From an uncultured Acidobacteriota bacterium (lineage in GTDB: Bacteria; Acidobacteriota; Thermoanaerobaculia; UBA5066): 64,000 nucleotides of DNA. Positions 1 through 8,645 of the stretch are shown in pieces; the stretch's first letter is position 1; each line of letters begins with the position of its first letter. Where the stretch lies: the NCBI GenBank assembly GCA_963779415.1, contig CAVZYA010000001.1, positions 800,001 to 864,000 on the forward strand. The letters are read 5' to 3'. The position numbers and the translations under genes are program-made. A model generated the notes under the pieces. It searched no databases. It was not told the origin of the DNA and was given only the letters and a program-made list of their open reading frames with translations.

Positions 1-2805
1 GTCGCCCCTCTCGATCGCTGGATCGGGCGACAGCTGGGCCCCTACCGCATCGTCCGCGAGCTGGGGCACGGCGGGATGGGAGCCGTCTTCCTGGGCGAGC
101 GCTGCGACGGACAGTTCGAGCAGCGCGTGGCGCTGAAGGTCGCGCGACTCGGCCTCGCCGGCGACGAGGCCCTCCGGCGTTTTCTCGCGGAACGCCGGAT
201 CCTCGCCGGGCTCGAGCACCCGCAGATCGCCCGCCTGCTCGACGGCGGCGTGACGCCCGAGGGCCTTCCGTTCTTCGCGATGGAGTACGTCGATGGAGTC
301 CCGATCGGGGATTACTGCGACGAGCGACATCTCTCTCTTCCGCAGCGCATCGAGCTGTTCCTCGGCGTCTGCGCGGCGGTCGATCACGCCCACCACCGCC
401 TCGTGGTGCACCGCGACCTGAAGCCTTCGAACATCTTCGTGACCGCGGGCGGCGACGTGAAACTCCTCGACTTCGGGATCGCGAAGCTCCTCGGCGCTGA
501 CGACGAAAGCACCCGTACGCTCGAGCGCCGCCTGACCCCGGCCTATGCCGCGCCCGAACAGATCCGCGGCGAGCCGGTCACGACGGCGACCGACGTCTGG
601 GCGCTGGGTGTCGTGCTCTACGAGTTGCTCGTCGGGCGCCGGCCGTTCTCGGGCCGAGGGGTGCCGGAAGAGGGCGCTCTCGCCGCGGTCGCCGAGGAGC
701 CGGCGCGGCCCAGCACGGCGGTGGCGACCGCCGAGCCCGGTGCCCCATCTCGTCGCCGGCGCCGCCGCGCCCTGCGCGGCGACCTCGACACCATCCTCCT
801 CACCGCCCTGCGAGAGGAGCCTGATCGCCGGTATTCCTCGGCCGCGGCGCTCGGCGAGGACCTCCGGCGGCACCTTGCCTTCCTGCCGATTCGCGCCCGG
901 CCGGACGGATTCCGCTACCGCGCCGGGAAGTTCGCCGCGCGCCATCGATGGACCCTCGCTATCGCCGCGACGCTCCTCCTCGCGCTCGTCGCCGCTCTCG
1001 GAGCGGCGCTCCATCAGGCACGGGCCAAGGCCCGCGAGGCGCGCGCCTCCCAGGAGGTGACCTCGTTCCTCGTCCGTTTGTTCGAAGGCTCGGATCCGAC
1101 CCTCGCGCGGGGGGCGTCGCTCACCGCACAGGAGCTCCTCGACGAGGGCGTCGACCGCCTGCGATCCGACCTCGCCGCCGAGCCGGAGGTGCGCGCCCGT
1201 CTCCTCCACGCCATGGTGGCGTCGTACGTCGCGCTCGGCCTCTACGAACGTGCGCTGCCGCTCGCCAGGGAAGAGTTGCAGCTGCGCCGTCAGACGTTTC
1301 CGGCCCGGAGCGCGGAGGTCGCCGACAGCATGGACCAGCTCGGCGAGCTCTTCCGTCTCGAGGCGGACTTTGCCGGTGCGGACCCGTTGCTCCGCGGCGC
1401 GCTGGCGGCACGTCGCGCGAGCCTCGATCCGGACGATCCGGCCGTGATCCAGAGCCTCGGCCACCTCGGCCGGCTGTTCGAGGACGAAGGCGAGTTCGCG
1501 CGCGCCGAGGGCCCGTTCCGCGAGGCTCTCGCCGCGAGCGAGCGGCGCTTCGGAGCAAGCTCCCCCGAGAGCGCGGGTCGCCTCGACGACTTCGCCACCA
1601 ACCAGTCGGACCTCGGCCGGGAGTCGAAGGCGATCGAGCTTCTGCGACAGGCGCTGGCGATCCGCGAGAGGGCGCTCGGTCCGGAGGCGCTCGGGGTCGC
1701 CGGCTCGCTGCACAACCTCGGCCTCCAGCTCGACGGCGCCGGCATCTACCGGGAGGCGGCCTCCGTCCTCGAACGTGCGCTCGCGATCCGGCGGAAGGTC
1801 CTCGGGCCCGCACATCCGCTCGTCGGCGCGACCCAGACCGCCCTCGCCGGCGTCTACGACGACCAGGACCGCCTCGACGAAGCCGAGGAGACCGCCGGGA
1901 GAGCGCTCGAGGTCCTTCGCCGCGCGCTGCCCGGGGATCACCCGAAGGTCAGCGAGGCGCTCAACATGCTCGGGGTCATCCGCACCTCGCGTCGCGACTT
2001 CGCCGGCGCCGTTTTGGTCTTCCGGGAGCTGCTCGCACGCTACGAGCGGGTCTCGGGAGAGAACCATCCCGACACGCTCGCGGTCGAGAACAATCTCGCG
2101 GTCACGCTGCTCCACGCCGGGCACGCCCCCGAGGCGGAGTCGCTCGAGCGGGAGATCCTGACGCGGCTGCGCGAGGACAACGGTCAGCCCACCGGAGCCC
2201 TGACGCGACAGAACCTCGCCACGACGCTCGAGCAGGAGGGGAAGCCTCGCGAGGCTCTCGAGTTGGCGCGGCAGGCGCTGGCGCTGCAGCGGCGGCGCGA
2301 GGGCGAGACCTCCGGAAACGTCGCCGTGGCCCTGCGCGTCGTGGCCGTCGCCGAGGAGATGTGCGGCGAAGCGAGACTCGCGGAGCAGGACTTCCGCGCG
2401 AGTCTCCGACTCGGAGAGGAGCTCGCGCCCTCCCGCGGCAACGCGACGTGGGAATGGAGGATCCCGCTGGCCGACTTCCTCGTCGGGGAGGGTCGCTGTT
2501 CCGAGGCTTTGCCGCTCCTCACGAGCGCGCTCGCCGAGATCGACGCGGCCCGTCGTCCCGTCGACCCGATCTGGCGGCTCCAGGCGCAGCTGCTGCAGGC
2601 GCACTGCGCACGGCCCTCTGGCGCGGAAGCCAACGCCGCCAAGGCGGTCCGCGCGGCCCTGCGCGCCATGCCGGCGGTCGAGGTCGATCTCTACCCCACC
2701 GCGACGGCCCTGCTCTCCGCCCGCGAGACGCCTCGCGCTCCGGCCAGAAAGCCCGCGCCCCGCCCCCCCGTCGGCGGCCACGGCGGAGGACCTCGCGGTC
2801 GATGA
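1..2805 (+). CDS. Ser/Thr protein kinase (Hanks type) with transmembrane segment and C-terminal TPR repeats; 5'-truncated by window edge
   Basis: Frame open from base 1 (GPYRIVRELGHGGMGAV glycine loop), VALK, HRDLKPSN, DFG, TPAYAAPEQ, DVWALG motifs; hydrophobic helix, then TPR-like repeats (ALAIRRKVLGPAHP type). Confidence 0.93.
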   Translation, partial: VAPLDRWIGRQLGPYRIVRELGHGGMGAVFLGERCDGQFEQRVALKVARLGLAGDEALRRFLAERRILAGLEHPQIARLLDGGVTPEGLPFFAMEYVDGVPIGDYCDERHLSLPQRIELFLGVCAAVDHAHHRLVVHRDLKPSNIFVTAGGDVKLLDFGIAKLLGADDESTRTLERRLTPAYAAPEQIRGEPVTTATDVWALGVVLYELLVGRRPFSGRGVPEEGALAAVAEEPARPSTAVATAEPGAPSRRRRRRALRGDLDTILLTALREEPDRRYSSAAALGEDLRRHLAFLPIRARPDGFRYRAGKFAARHRWTLAIAATLLLALVAALGAALHQARAKAREARASQEVTSFLVRLFEGSDPTLARGASLTAQELLDEGVDRLRSDLAAEPEVRARLLHAMVASYVALGLYERALPLAREELQLRRQTFPARSAEVADSMDQLGELFRLEADFAGADPLLRGALAARRASLDPDDPAVIQSLGHLGRLFEDEGEFARAEGPFREALAASERRFGASSPESAGRLDDFATNQSDLGRESKAIELLRQALAIRERALGPEALGVAGSLHNLGLQLDGAGIYREAASVLERALAIRRKVLGPAHPLVGATQTALAGVYDDQDRLDEAEETAGRALEVLRRALPGDHPKVSEALNMLGVIRTSRRDFAGAVLVFRELLARYERVSGENHPDTLAVENNLAVTLLHAGHAPEAESLEREILTRLREDNGQPTGALTRQNLATTLEQEGKPREALELARQALALQRRREGETSGNVAVALRVVAVAEEMCGEARLAEQDFRASLRLGEELAPSRGNATWEWRIPLADFLVGEGRCSEALPLLTSALAEIDAARRPVDPIWRLQAQLLQAHCARPSGAEANAAKAVRAALRAMPAVEVDLYPTATALLSARETPRAPARKPAPRPPVGGHGGGPRGR

Positions 2806-2893
2806 TCCCGGTATCGCCCCTTTTCCGTTTCTCTGGATAGCGGCAAACCTCGCGTTCCGGGCGGGGGGGCCGAAGGAGACGGGAGGTTTTCAC

Positions 2894-4462
2894 ATGGAAA
2901 CGTCGAACGAGAGGGTCGAATCCAGGAAGACTGTCGGCGCGCGTCTGGCCGCTCGCGGTGCCGTCGCCATCGTGGGGGTGCTTCTCGCGGGCAAGGCGGC
3001 GGGACAGGCGGAGACCTACATCCTGCCGTCGTCCGCTTACAGCCTGGGAGCGGGGGGAGCCGAATTCCAATCGGACGTCCGTCTGCTCAACGTCACCCGG
3101 TCACCGGTGACGGTCACGGCGACGTTCTACGACCAGGCGAACGGCGCGACCGTGCCGGCTTCGCCATTCACGATCCCGGCGCGGAGCCAGGCCTCCTACA
3201 ACAACATCCTCAGCACCCTCTTCGGGGACGGCCTGGGATCGTACGGACCGATCCGGTTCGAGGCGAGCGGGGCGCTCCTCGTCTGGTCGAACGTGGACAA
3301 CGTGAACGCCTGCGGGACGGGGGCGGTCTCGGGCCAATTGATCCCGGCGGTCGACGCCTCTCAAGCCCTGCGGGCGGGGATCATGGGCCAGCTCGCGCTC
3401 AGCGCCAGCTCGACGACGGGCTACCGGACAAACGTCGTCTTCATGAACCCGGGGACCGCCGCCGCCACGGTGACGGCGACCCTGCGGCGCGGGGACGGGT
3501 CGTCGATCGGGACGGTGACCTACCCGGCGCTCCCCGCCGACGGGTTCCGGCAGGTTGCCCTCGGCAGCGGCTTCCCCGGCGCCTCCGGGATGACGGACAC
3601 GAACCTCTTTCTCGAGTTCACGAGCAATCAGCCGGTCCTCTCCTTCGCGTCGGTCATCAACAACGCTTCGGGCGACCCGTTCGCGATCATGGCGTCGGCG
3701 GACACGGCCAGCCAGGAATTGACCGTGACGCTGCCCGGCGGCGTGCCACTCGTGATGGAGACGATCCCGAACGGGACGTTCGCGATGGGATCGCCGGTCA
3801 CGGAGCGGAACCGCGGGAGCGACGAGACGCAGCACCAGGTGACGATCACGAAGTCCTTCTACATCGGGAAGACCGCCGTGACGCAGGCGCAGTGGAAGGC
3901 CGTGATGGGGAGCAACCCGAGCTATTTCTCCAGCTGCGGAGACAGCTGCCCCGTCGAGAACGTCTCCTGGAACGACATCGCGGGGAGCGGAGGGTTCCTG
4001 CAGAAGCTGAACGCGGCGCTCGGGCTCAGCGGAGCATCCGCCTTCCGGCTCCCCACGGAGGCGGAGTGGGAGTGGGCGGCGCGCGGAAACACGACGACCC
4101 GGTTCTCCTTCGGGGACGCGCTGGACTGCGACGACCAGTGCGGCTCGTGCAGCGCGGACTCCTGGGTCTGGTGGTGCGCGAACTCGGGCAACGCGACGCA
4201 CGCGGCGGGACTGAAGCAGCCAAACCCCTACGGTCTGTACGACGTGCACGGCAACATCCGGGAGTGGGTGCAGGACTGGTACGGCGCCTACCCGACGGCG
4301 GCCGTGACGGATCCCGCGGGACCCGCGTCGGGCGGGAGCCGTGTCGTTCGGGGCGGCAGCTGGGACACCGAACTCCAGAACTGCCGGTCGGCGTACCGCG
4401 GAGTCGCCGTCCCCGACTACCGCGATAACGCGTACGGGTTCCGCCTCGCCAAGTCACAGTGA
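2894..4462 (+). CDS. Secreted formylglycine-generating-enzyme (FGE/SUMF1) domain protein with unnamed N-terminal beta-rich domain
   Basis: Signal-like N-terminus; C-terminal FAMGS...ETQHQV, PVENVSW, RLPTEAEWEWAARG, PNPYGLYDVHGN, RVVRGGSW, GFRL motifs; RBS GGGAGG before ATG. Confidence 0.88.
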   Translation: METSNERVESRKTVGARLAARGAVAIVGVLLAGKAAGQAETYILPSSAYSLGAGGAEFQSDVRLLNVTRSPVTVTATFYDQANGATVPASPFTIPARSQASYNNILSTLFGDGLGSYGPIRFEASGALLVWSNVDNVNACGTGAVSGQLIPAVDASQALRAGIMGQLALSASSTTGYRTNVVFMNPGTAAATVTATLRRGDGSSIGTVTYPALPADGFRQVALGSGFPGASGMTDTNLFLEFTSNQPVLSFASVINNASGDPFAIMASADTASQELTVTLPGGVPLVMETIPNGTFAMGSPVTERNRGSDETQHQVTITKSFYIGKTAVTQAQWKAVMGSNPSYFSSCGDSCPVENVSWNDIAGSGGFLQKLNAALGLSGASAFRLPTEAEWEWAARGNTTTRFSFGDALDCDDQCGSCSADSWVWWCANSGNATHAAGLKQPNPYGLYDVHGNIREWVQDWYGAYPTAAVTDPAGPASGGSRVVRGGSWDTELQNCRSAYRGVAVPDYRDNAYGFRLAKSQ

Positions 4463-4502
4463 ATCGCCCCGGCTTCTCTGGAGACTCCAACGTTTGAGAA
4501 GA

Positions 4503-4526
4503 TGGAGCGGGTGATGGGGATCGAAC
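4503..4526 (-). repeat. 24-bp exact copy of tRNA-Gly 3' end (att-like direct repeat of 4814-4837)
   Basis: TGGAGCGGGTGATGGGGATCGAAC at both 4503-4526 and 4814-4837; flanking GAGAAG also shared. Confidence 0.9.
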
Positions 4527-4772
4527 GCGGACGCCACCGCTTTCCTCGTCGATCTGCTCGATCCGACCGGACCCGTGGTGCGCGTCAACGTCACGATTCC
4601 GAAGGCCGACCTCCGGACGATCGACGCCTTCGCGAAGGACCACGGACTCACGCGATCGGGTCTTCTGACGCGCGGAGCGCTTCGGCTCGTTCGAGACGAA
4701 AGCCGGAGCGCCACGCACGGGCTTCCGAAGAACGCGGACGTGCACGCGCGAAAGCGCTCGACGGGGCGCTGA
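4527..4772 (+). pseudogene. HicB-like antitoxin C-terminal fragment (ribbon-helix-helix)
   Basis: ADATAFLVDLL...VRVNVTIPKADLRTIDAFAKDHGLTRSGLL resembles the HicB C-terminal RHH; N-terminal domain absent, frame begins at the tRNA repeat. Confidence 0.6.
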
Positions 4773-4813
4773 CGGAGCAGGCCCAAGGCCTCAATTCCGT
4801 CAGAGAGAGAAGT

Positions 4814-4888
4814 TGGAGCGGGTGATGGGGATCGAACCCACGACATTCAGCTTGGGAAGCTGACGTTCTGCCGCTGAACTACACCCGC
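4814..4888 (-). tRNA. tRNA-Gly (CCC)
   Basis: GCGGGTG/CACCCGC acceptor stem, TCAGC-TTCCCAA-GCTGA anticodon arm, GGTTCGATCC T-loop, encoded CCA; 75 nt. Confidence 0.97.
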
Positions 4889-4892
4889 TCGA

Positions 4893-5130
4893 ATGACTTA
4901 CGGTTCCGACGCCCCCGGCCACTGTTCGTACCGAGTTCGCGGCACCGCGCGAGAACGCTACCACAGCACGCTCAGACGCGCGAGCGTACCTATCCACGAG
5001 CCGCGTAGAAGCGTGACCGAGCATCGAGGCGAGAACGAACGGCGAAGCTCCCGCGTCAGCCCACGCGCTCCCCGCTGAGTGCCGAAGATCGTGGAAGCGG
5101 AAGCGACGCGTGATCTTCGCGCCCTCCTTA
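4893..5130 (-). pseudogene. Tyrosine integrase C-terminal remnant
   Basis: RFRFHDLRHSAGS...LASMLGHASTRLVDRYA = HxLRH, LGH and catalytic Tyr; N-terminal domains absent. Confidence 0.82.
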
Positions 5131-5471
5131 GTCACGGGGCGCGCGAGATTCGACCGGACGCCCCTCAGGAAACCGAAATAGACAAGCTCACCGATGAGCT
5201 TCGAGGCAAGTACGGCGGGAAATTCTCGTTCTCCGCGTGTATCCGTTATCTGCTCGATCTCAGGATCAGGACGCACCGCGCTGGTCGACGCGGCGTTGCG
5301 CCGGGTGCTGGGGCGAGTCCGGACTCCTCAGGGGCCGCGACGTCGATCTCGTTTCCCCTCCGAGCCGACTTCCTCGTTCCGGTCTCGTTACCTCGGGATC
5401 TGACGGTCGCGGAAGCAAAGCGGCTCGGGGCGTTTCTCTTGACGCTGGCGGCAGACTTCAAGGCGGAATAA
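5079..5471 (+). CDS. Hypothetical mobile-element protein, probably only the C-terminal part is genuine
   Basis: C-terminal FPLRADFLVPVSLPRDLTVAEAKRLGAFL looks protein-like; 5' part overlaps the integrase remnant. Confidence 0.35.
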   Translation: MPKIVEAEATRDLRALLSHGAREIRPDAPQETEIDKLTDELRGKYGGKFSFSACIRYLLDLRIRTHRAGRRGVAPGAGASPDSSGAATSISFPLRADFLVPVSLPRDLTVAEAKRLGAFLLTLAADFKAE

Positions 5472-5576
5472 GCGCCTCAGGCCTGGAACGGCGGTCCAGG
5501 CGCCCGGTCTCGTCCGCTGCGGCGCTGACGGCGCGCTGAACAGGCGCGCGGTGCTCCCCGTAAGGATGGAACTAGA

Positions 5577-5894
5577 TCAGAAGGGCACTCTTGATGCCGC
5601 GGCGCGCCTGAGAGCGGCTTTCGCCTTGAAGTAGGCCCAGACGTTCTGAACCGTGTAGACGGGCGTGAAAAGGGCTGAGCCGAGACTCCACCAACCGAAC
5701 AGGAGGTTGTTTGTCGTGAAGCTTCTAAAGTGGTGGCGTAAGCACGCATCGCATAGCAGGGCATCGAGGTGCTTCTCGTATCGGGCGATGAGAGCGCCCT
5801 TCGTCTGGCTCAGGGACACGAACACGGTCGGAACGCGCGCTCCGCACGACATGCAGGGCCGAAGATCCTCCGAGCTATCGACTGATGTAGACAT
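5577..5894 (-). CDS. Small hypothetical membrane protein with two CxxC pairs (cassette-like)
   Basis: 105 aa, CMSC and CDAC, hydrophobic C-terminal segment; lower GC; lies downstream of an attC-like site. Confidence 0.55.
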   Translation of the reverse strand: MSTSVDSSEDLRPCMSCGARVPTVFVSLSQTKGALIARYEKHLDALLCDACLRHHFRSFTTNNLLFGWWSLGSALFTPVYTVQNVWAYFKAKAALRRAAASRVPF

Positions 5895-5937
5895 AATCTT
5901 CCGGTTCTCTAGGACGATTTTTGCCTTTGCGCTTAGC

Positions 5938-5997
5938 GCGTGAGGATACCGCGTTCAGCGGCGAGCGGAGCGAGGCCGCGGCACGCGCGTGTCAGTC
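5938..5997 (-). repeat. Degenerate attC-like integron cassette recombination site
   Basis: Minus strand GACTGAC-ACGCG-CGTGCCGC-GGCCTCGCTCCGCTCGCC-GCTGAAC-GCGGTATC imperfect palindrome just after the Vgb stop; 25 bp (5950-5974) identical to 8617-8641; GTT of R' is lost. Confidence 0.6.
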
Positions 5998-6020
5998 CTC
6001 GGCCCGTTGCTGGTTCTCGT

Positions 6021-7109
6021 TCACCTTCCGTGAAGTAGCAGCCATCCGCATCCGCACAGAACTGCGGCGAGAACAAACAGAATCATGGGACTCAGGGCGG
6101 GTATCGGGGTAGCGGCGAGTGGGCCTCCGGATAGCCGCCCCAGTCGACTGGCCACCTCCGTGAACCAGATTGCGCCGTCTCGGCCCACGGTAATTCCCAC
6201 CGGTTCGGACTGTGGCTGAGGAAGGGCAAACGCCGTCAGACTGCCCGCCGTCGTGATGCGGCCGATCTCGTTCGCCCCTTCGTCTGTGAACCACATGGCC
6301 CCGTCCGGGCCTTGAACGATGTCGACAACGCCAGTTGACGCAGGATTCGTAAGCGGAAACTCGGACACTTGCCCACCGACGCCGACCCTCACGACGCTAT
6401 GCGCCTGACCGTAGTTGATCTGTGCACCGAGCCAGAGACTCCCGTCCGGGCCCGCAGCGATGCTGCCATTTGGTTCGGGAGGATTGGGAAGCTTGTAGGA
6501 CAGGAACCCACGGCCACCTGTGTCCAGTCGGCCAACCCCGTTCCCTGAGAACCAAAGCGCCCCATCAGGCCCAACGGTGATCGAATGCGGAAAGAAGCCA
6601 GAAGGAAGCGGATATTCAGTGACCGCGCCTGTCAGAGTCAGTCGACCAATTTGATTCGATAAAGGGTCCGTAAACCAAAGCGCACCGTCAGGCCCGAGAG
6701 TTAGGTCCGCTGCTATGGAGCCCGGAGGAAGAGGAAAGGTCGAGACTGCCCCTGTGGTCACCGAAACACGCACGATCGGGCCGGAGCTCCCGCACCACAT
6801 GCCGCCGTCCCGCGCATCCGCGCAGTGCCCCGGGGTCGCGCCGGGGAACCCTACGGGGGTTTGGAACATCGTCTCAACCCCAGCGGGCGTTATCCGACCC
6901 ATCAGCGACGTTCCCGCATACCACGTCCAGAAGTTGCCGTCTGACCCTACGGTGATCGGAATCGGATTGAATGACACCGGAAATTCCGTTATCTGAGCGG
7001 GCGTCTGCCCAACGACGGCGGCAGCCATAGGGAAAAGTAGACCTAGGACCGCGACCGAACGGGCGAGCCGGTGAGTTGGTTTGGCGCGGAGGTTGGGTCG
7101 CCTATTCAT
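6021..7109 (-). CDS. Secreted Vgb (virginiamycin B lyase)-like beta-propeller with IPTL-CTERM-like sorting tail
   Basis: Signal peptide; repeated (I/L)TxGPDGA(L/M)WFT...NxIGR blades; C-terminal IPALSP + TM helix + basic end. Confidence 0.85.
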   Translation of the reverse strand: MNRRPNLRAKPTHRLARSVAVLGLLFPMAAAVVGQTPAQITEFPVSFNPIPITVGSDGNFWTWYAGTSLMGRITPAGVETMFQTPVGFPGATPGHCADARDGGMWCGSSGPIVRVSVTTGAVSTFPLPPGSIAADLTLGPDGALWFTDPLSNQIGRLTLTGAVTEYPLPSGFFPHSITVGPDGALWFSGNGVGRLDTGGRGFLSYKLPNPPEPNGSIAAGPDGSLWLGAQINYGQAHSVVRVGVGGQVSEFPLTNPASTGVVDIVQGPDGAMWFTDEGANEIGRITTAGSLTAFALPQPQSEPVGITVGRDGAIWFTEVASRLGRLSGGPLAATPIPALSPMILFVLAAVLCGCGWLLLHGR

Positions 7110-7167
7110 CGTGTCACCCCGAAATCGAGTGTAAGCCTCGCCGGTATGCCCTACTCGCCCTTTCGAC

Positions 7168-7181
7168 TCCTAACGATATCG
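7168..7181 (-). repeat. R' half of an attC-like site, split from the rest of the site (8617-8648) by IS insertion
   Basis: Rejoined minus strand reads CGGACTCGCTCCGCTCGCCGCTGAACGCGATATC-GTTAGGA, paralleling the 5938-5997 site and ending in a GTTRRR core. Confidence 0.7.
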
Positions 7182-7297
7182 TTTCAATGAAGACGAAGAA
7201 AGGGCTGTCCTCGCCGACGTGGTCCCGATGAAATCGGGCCACAAGGACTGACGGGGTCAACCTCGAAGAGGTGCCCCAAGCAAGGGAGGACAGCCCG

Positions 7298-8407
7298 ATG
7301 AAAGCTTACGTGGGAGTGGACGTGCACAGCAAGTCGAGCGTATTCGTGATTCAGAACGAGCGGGGCGAGGAGCTGGGGCGGGGCGAAGTGCCGACGTCTG
7401 CGAAGGGATTCAGGGCGCTTCGAGAGCGGTTTCGGCTCGAGGCGTCCACGGCTGTGGCGCTCGAGTCGGGGACGATGGCGTTCTTCGCGGCGCGACAGCT
7501 GAGGGAGCTTGGACTGTCCCCTTTGGTGGTGGATGCGCGGGAAGTCCGGATGAAAGCGCACCGGCCAAAGCAGAAGAGCGACACGCGGGATGCCGGGGCG
7601 CTCTGCGCCGGCCTTCGCCAGGGGATTTACGAAGCCATCGTCCACGTGCCGCCGGAAAGGATCGAGCACCTGCGGAACACGCTCTCTCGCCGCCGGCACT
7701 TCGTGCGGCTGGCCACAGCTGAGATCAACGCAGCCAAGAAGATGCTTCGCAGCGCGGGACTGTCCGATCTGAGCCGGCAGACCCTGGGGACAGAGCACGC
7801 GTGGCGCCGCCTGCTGCGGGCACTTTTCGACCAACCTCAGGTCCGGAGCTTCGTCGAGCTGCACCGGCGGGCCTGGCAGAGCGCGATGGAGCAGAAGACC
7901 ACCTGCGAAAAGAGCCTCGGGGAGCAGCAGGCGCTCTTTCGGGAAGAGCTCGAGAGGCTCCGGACAGTGCCGGGCGTGGGTGAGATCGTCGCCCTGACGG
8001 CCATCGCGGTCTTCTCGGATGTCACACGATTTCCCAGCGCCAAGCACGCCGCCAGTTACGCGGGCCTCGTCCCCCAGACGTACCAGTCGGGCGAAACGAA
8101 CCGCCAGGGCCACATCACCCGGACCGGCTCGCCCGAGCTGCGCGCCATGCTCGTGCAGGCGGCTCACACGGCCCGAAGGCAAAGCAGCCCCCTGCACCCG
8201 TTCCTGAGAGATCTCAGCCTGCGTCTGGGCGCCCGGCGAGCCGTCATCGCCGTGGCGCACCGGCTCTGCCGGGTGCTGTACGCGATGCTGCGCGACAAGA
8301 CGGTCTTCGATGCCTCGAAGCTGAAAGCCCACGAGCCTTGCCCGCGCGTCGCCGGCGCACGGCTCTATCGGCTGAAACCTCAACCCAGGAGGACCGTGAT
8401 TCGCTAA
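7298..8407 (+). CDS. IS110-family DEDD transposase/recombinase
   Basis: YVGVDVH, ALESG, KSDTRDA (DEDD), LRTVPGVG, YAGLVP..YQSG (catalytic Ser), AVIAVAHRL; GGAGG RBS before ATG 7298. Confidence 0.95.
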   Translation: MKAYVGVDVHSKSSVFVIQNERGEELGRGEVPTSAKGFRALRERFRLEASTAVALESGTMAFFAARQLRELGLSPLVVDAREVRMKAHRPKQKSDTRDAGALCAGLRQGIYEAIVHVPPERIEHLRNTLSRRRHFVRLATAEINAAKKMLRSAGLSDLSRQTLGTEHAWRRLLRALFDQPQVRSFVELHRRAWQSAMEQKTTCEKSLGEQQALFREELERLRTVPGVGEIVALTAIAVFSDVTRFPSAKHAASYAGLVPQTYQSGETNRQGHITRTGSPELRAMLVQAAHTARRQSSPLHPFLRDLSLRLGARRAVIAVAHRLCRVLYAMLRDKTVFDASKLKAHEPCPRVAGARLYRLKPQPRRTVIR

Positions 8408-8429
8408 GAGGGCAAGAGCACGCCGCAAC

Positions 8430-8580
8430 TGTTGCCGAGAATCGGATGGATGACCCCGCTGCTGAACGCTGAGCGAAAGAGCTCGGGATATCGTCTGGGG
8501 CGCCATCCGCTGAAGTGATACGTGGGGCATTGACCCCGAATGGACGCGTGGCCGGCGGCTTCAAGCGGCAAGAAGACCCA
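8430..8580 (+). ncRNA. Predicted bridge RNA / seekRNA of the IS1111-type element (ends approximate)
   Basis: Two stem-internal loop-hairpin modules; loop strands GCTGAACGC (8461-8469) and GATATCG (8487-8493) match the target; TGATACG (8516-8522) and ATGGACG (8540-8546) match the donor junction with one mismatch each. Confidence 0.8.
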
Positions 8581-8645
8581 TCCAACGACGAGGCGCTTGA
8601 CAAGAATCTTCATGGGCGCGTTCAGCGGCGAGCGGAGCGAGTCCG

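Larger units (their letters stand above)
7180..8616 (+). mobile_element. IS1111-type (IS110 family) insertion sequence in an attC-like site, CG core, no target duplication
   Basis: Sub-terminal IR ATGAAGA (7187-7193)/TCTTCAT (8607-8613), 10 bp apart in the predicted circle; TTGACA at 8597-8602; long 3' non-coding end; boundary ambiguous by 2 nt because of CGCG. Confidence 0.88.

Noticed and set aside
2838-2882. GGCAAACC...hairpin upstream of the FGE gene resembling a c-di-GMP-I riboswitch start
   Set aside because: No GNRA tetraloop, no GCAAAG junction and no room for the second stem
4870-4879. tRNA-Gly D-arm GTTCAGCGGC equals 10 nt of the attC/IS target
   Set aside because: The left-guide match (GATATCG) is absent at the tRNA, so it is not a plausible IS target; probably coincidence
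6021-7109. Streptogramin B resistance gene
   Set aside because: Only the propeller repeat is evident; secretion signal and membrane anchor are unlike cytoplasmic Vgb lyases
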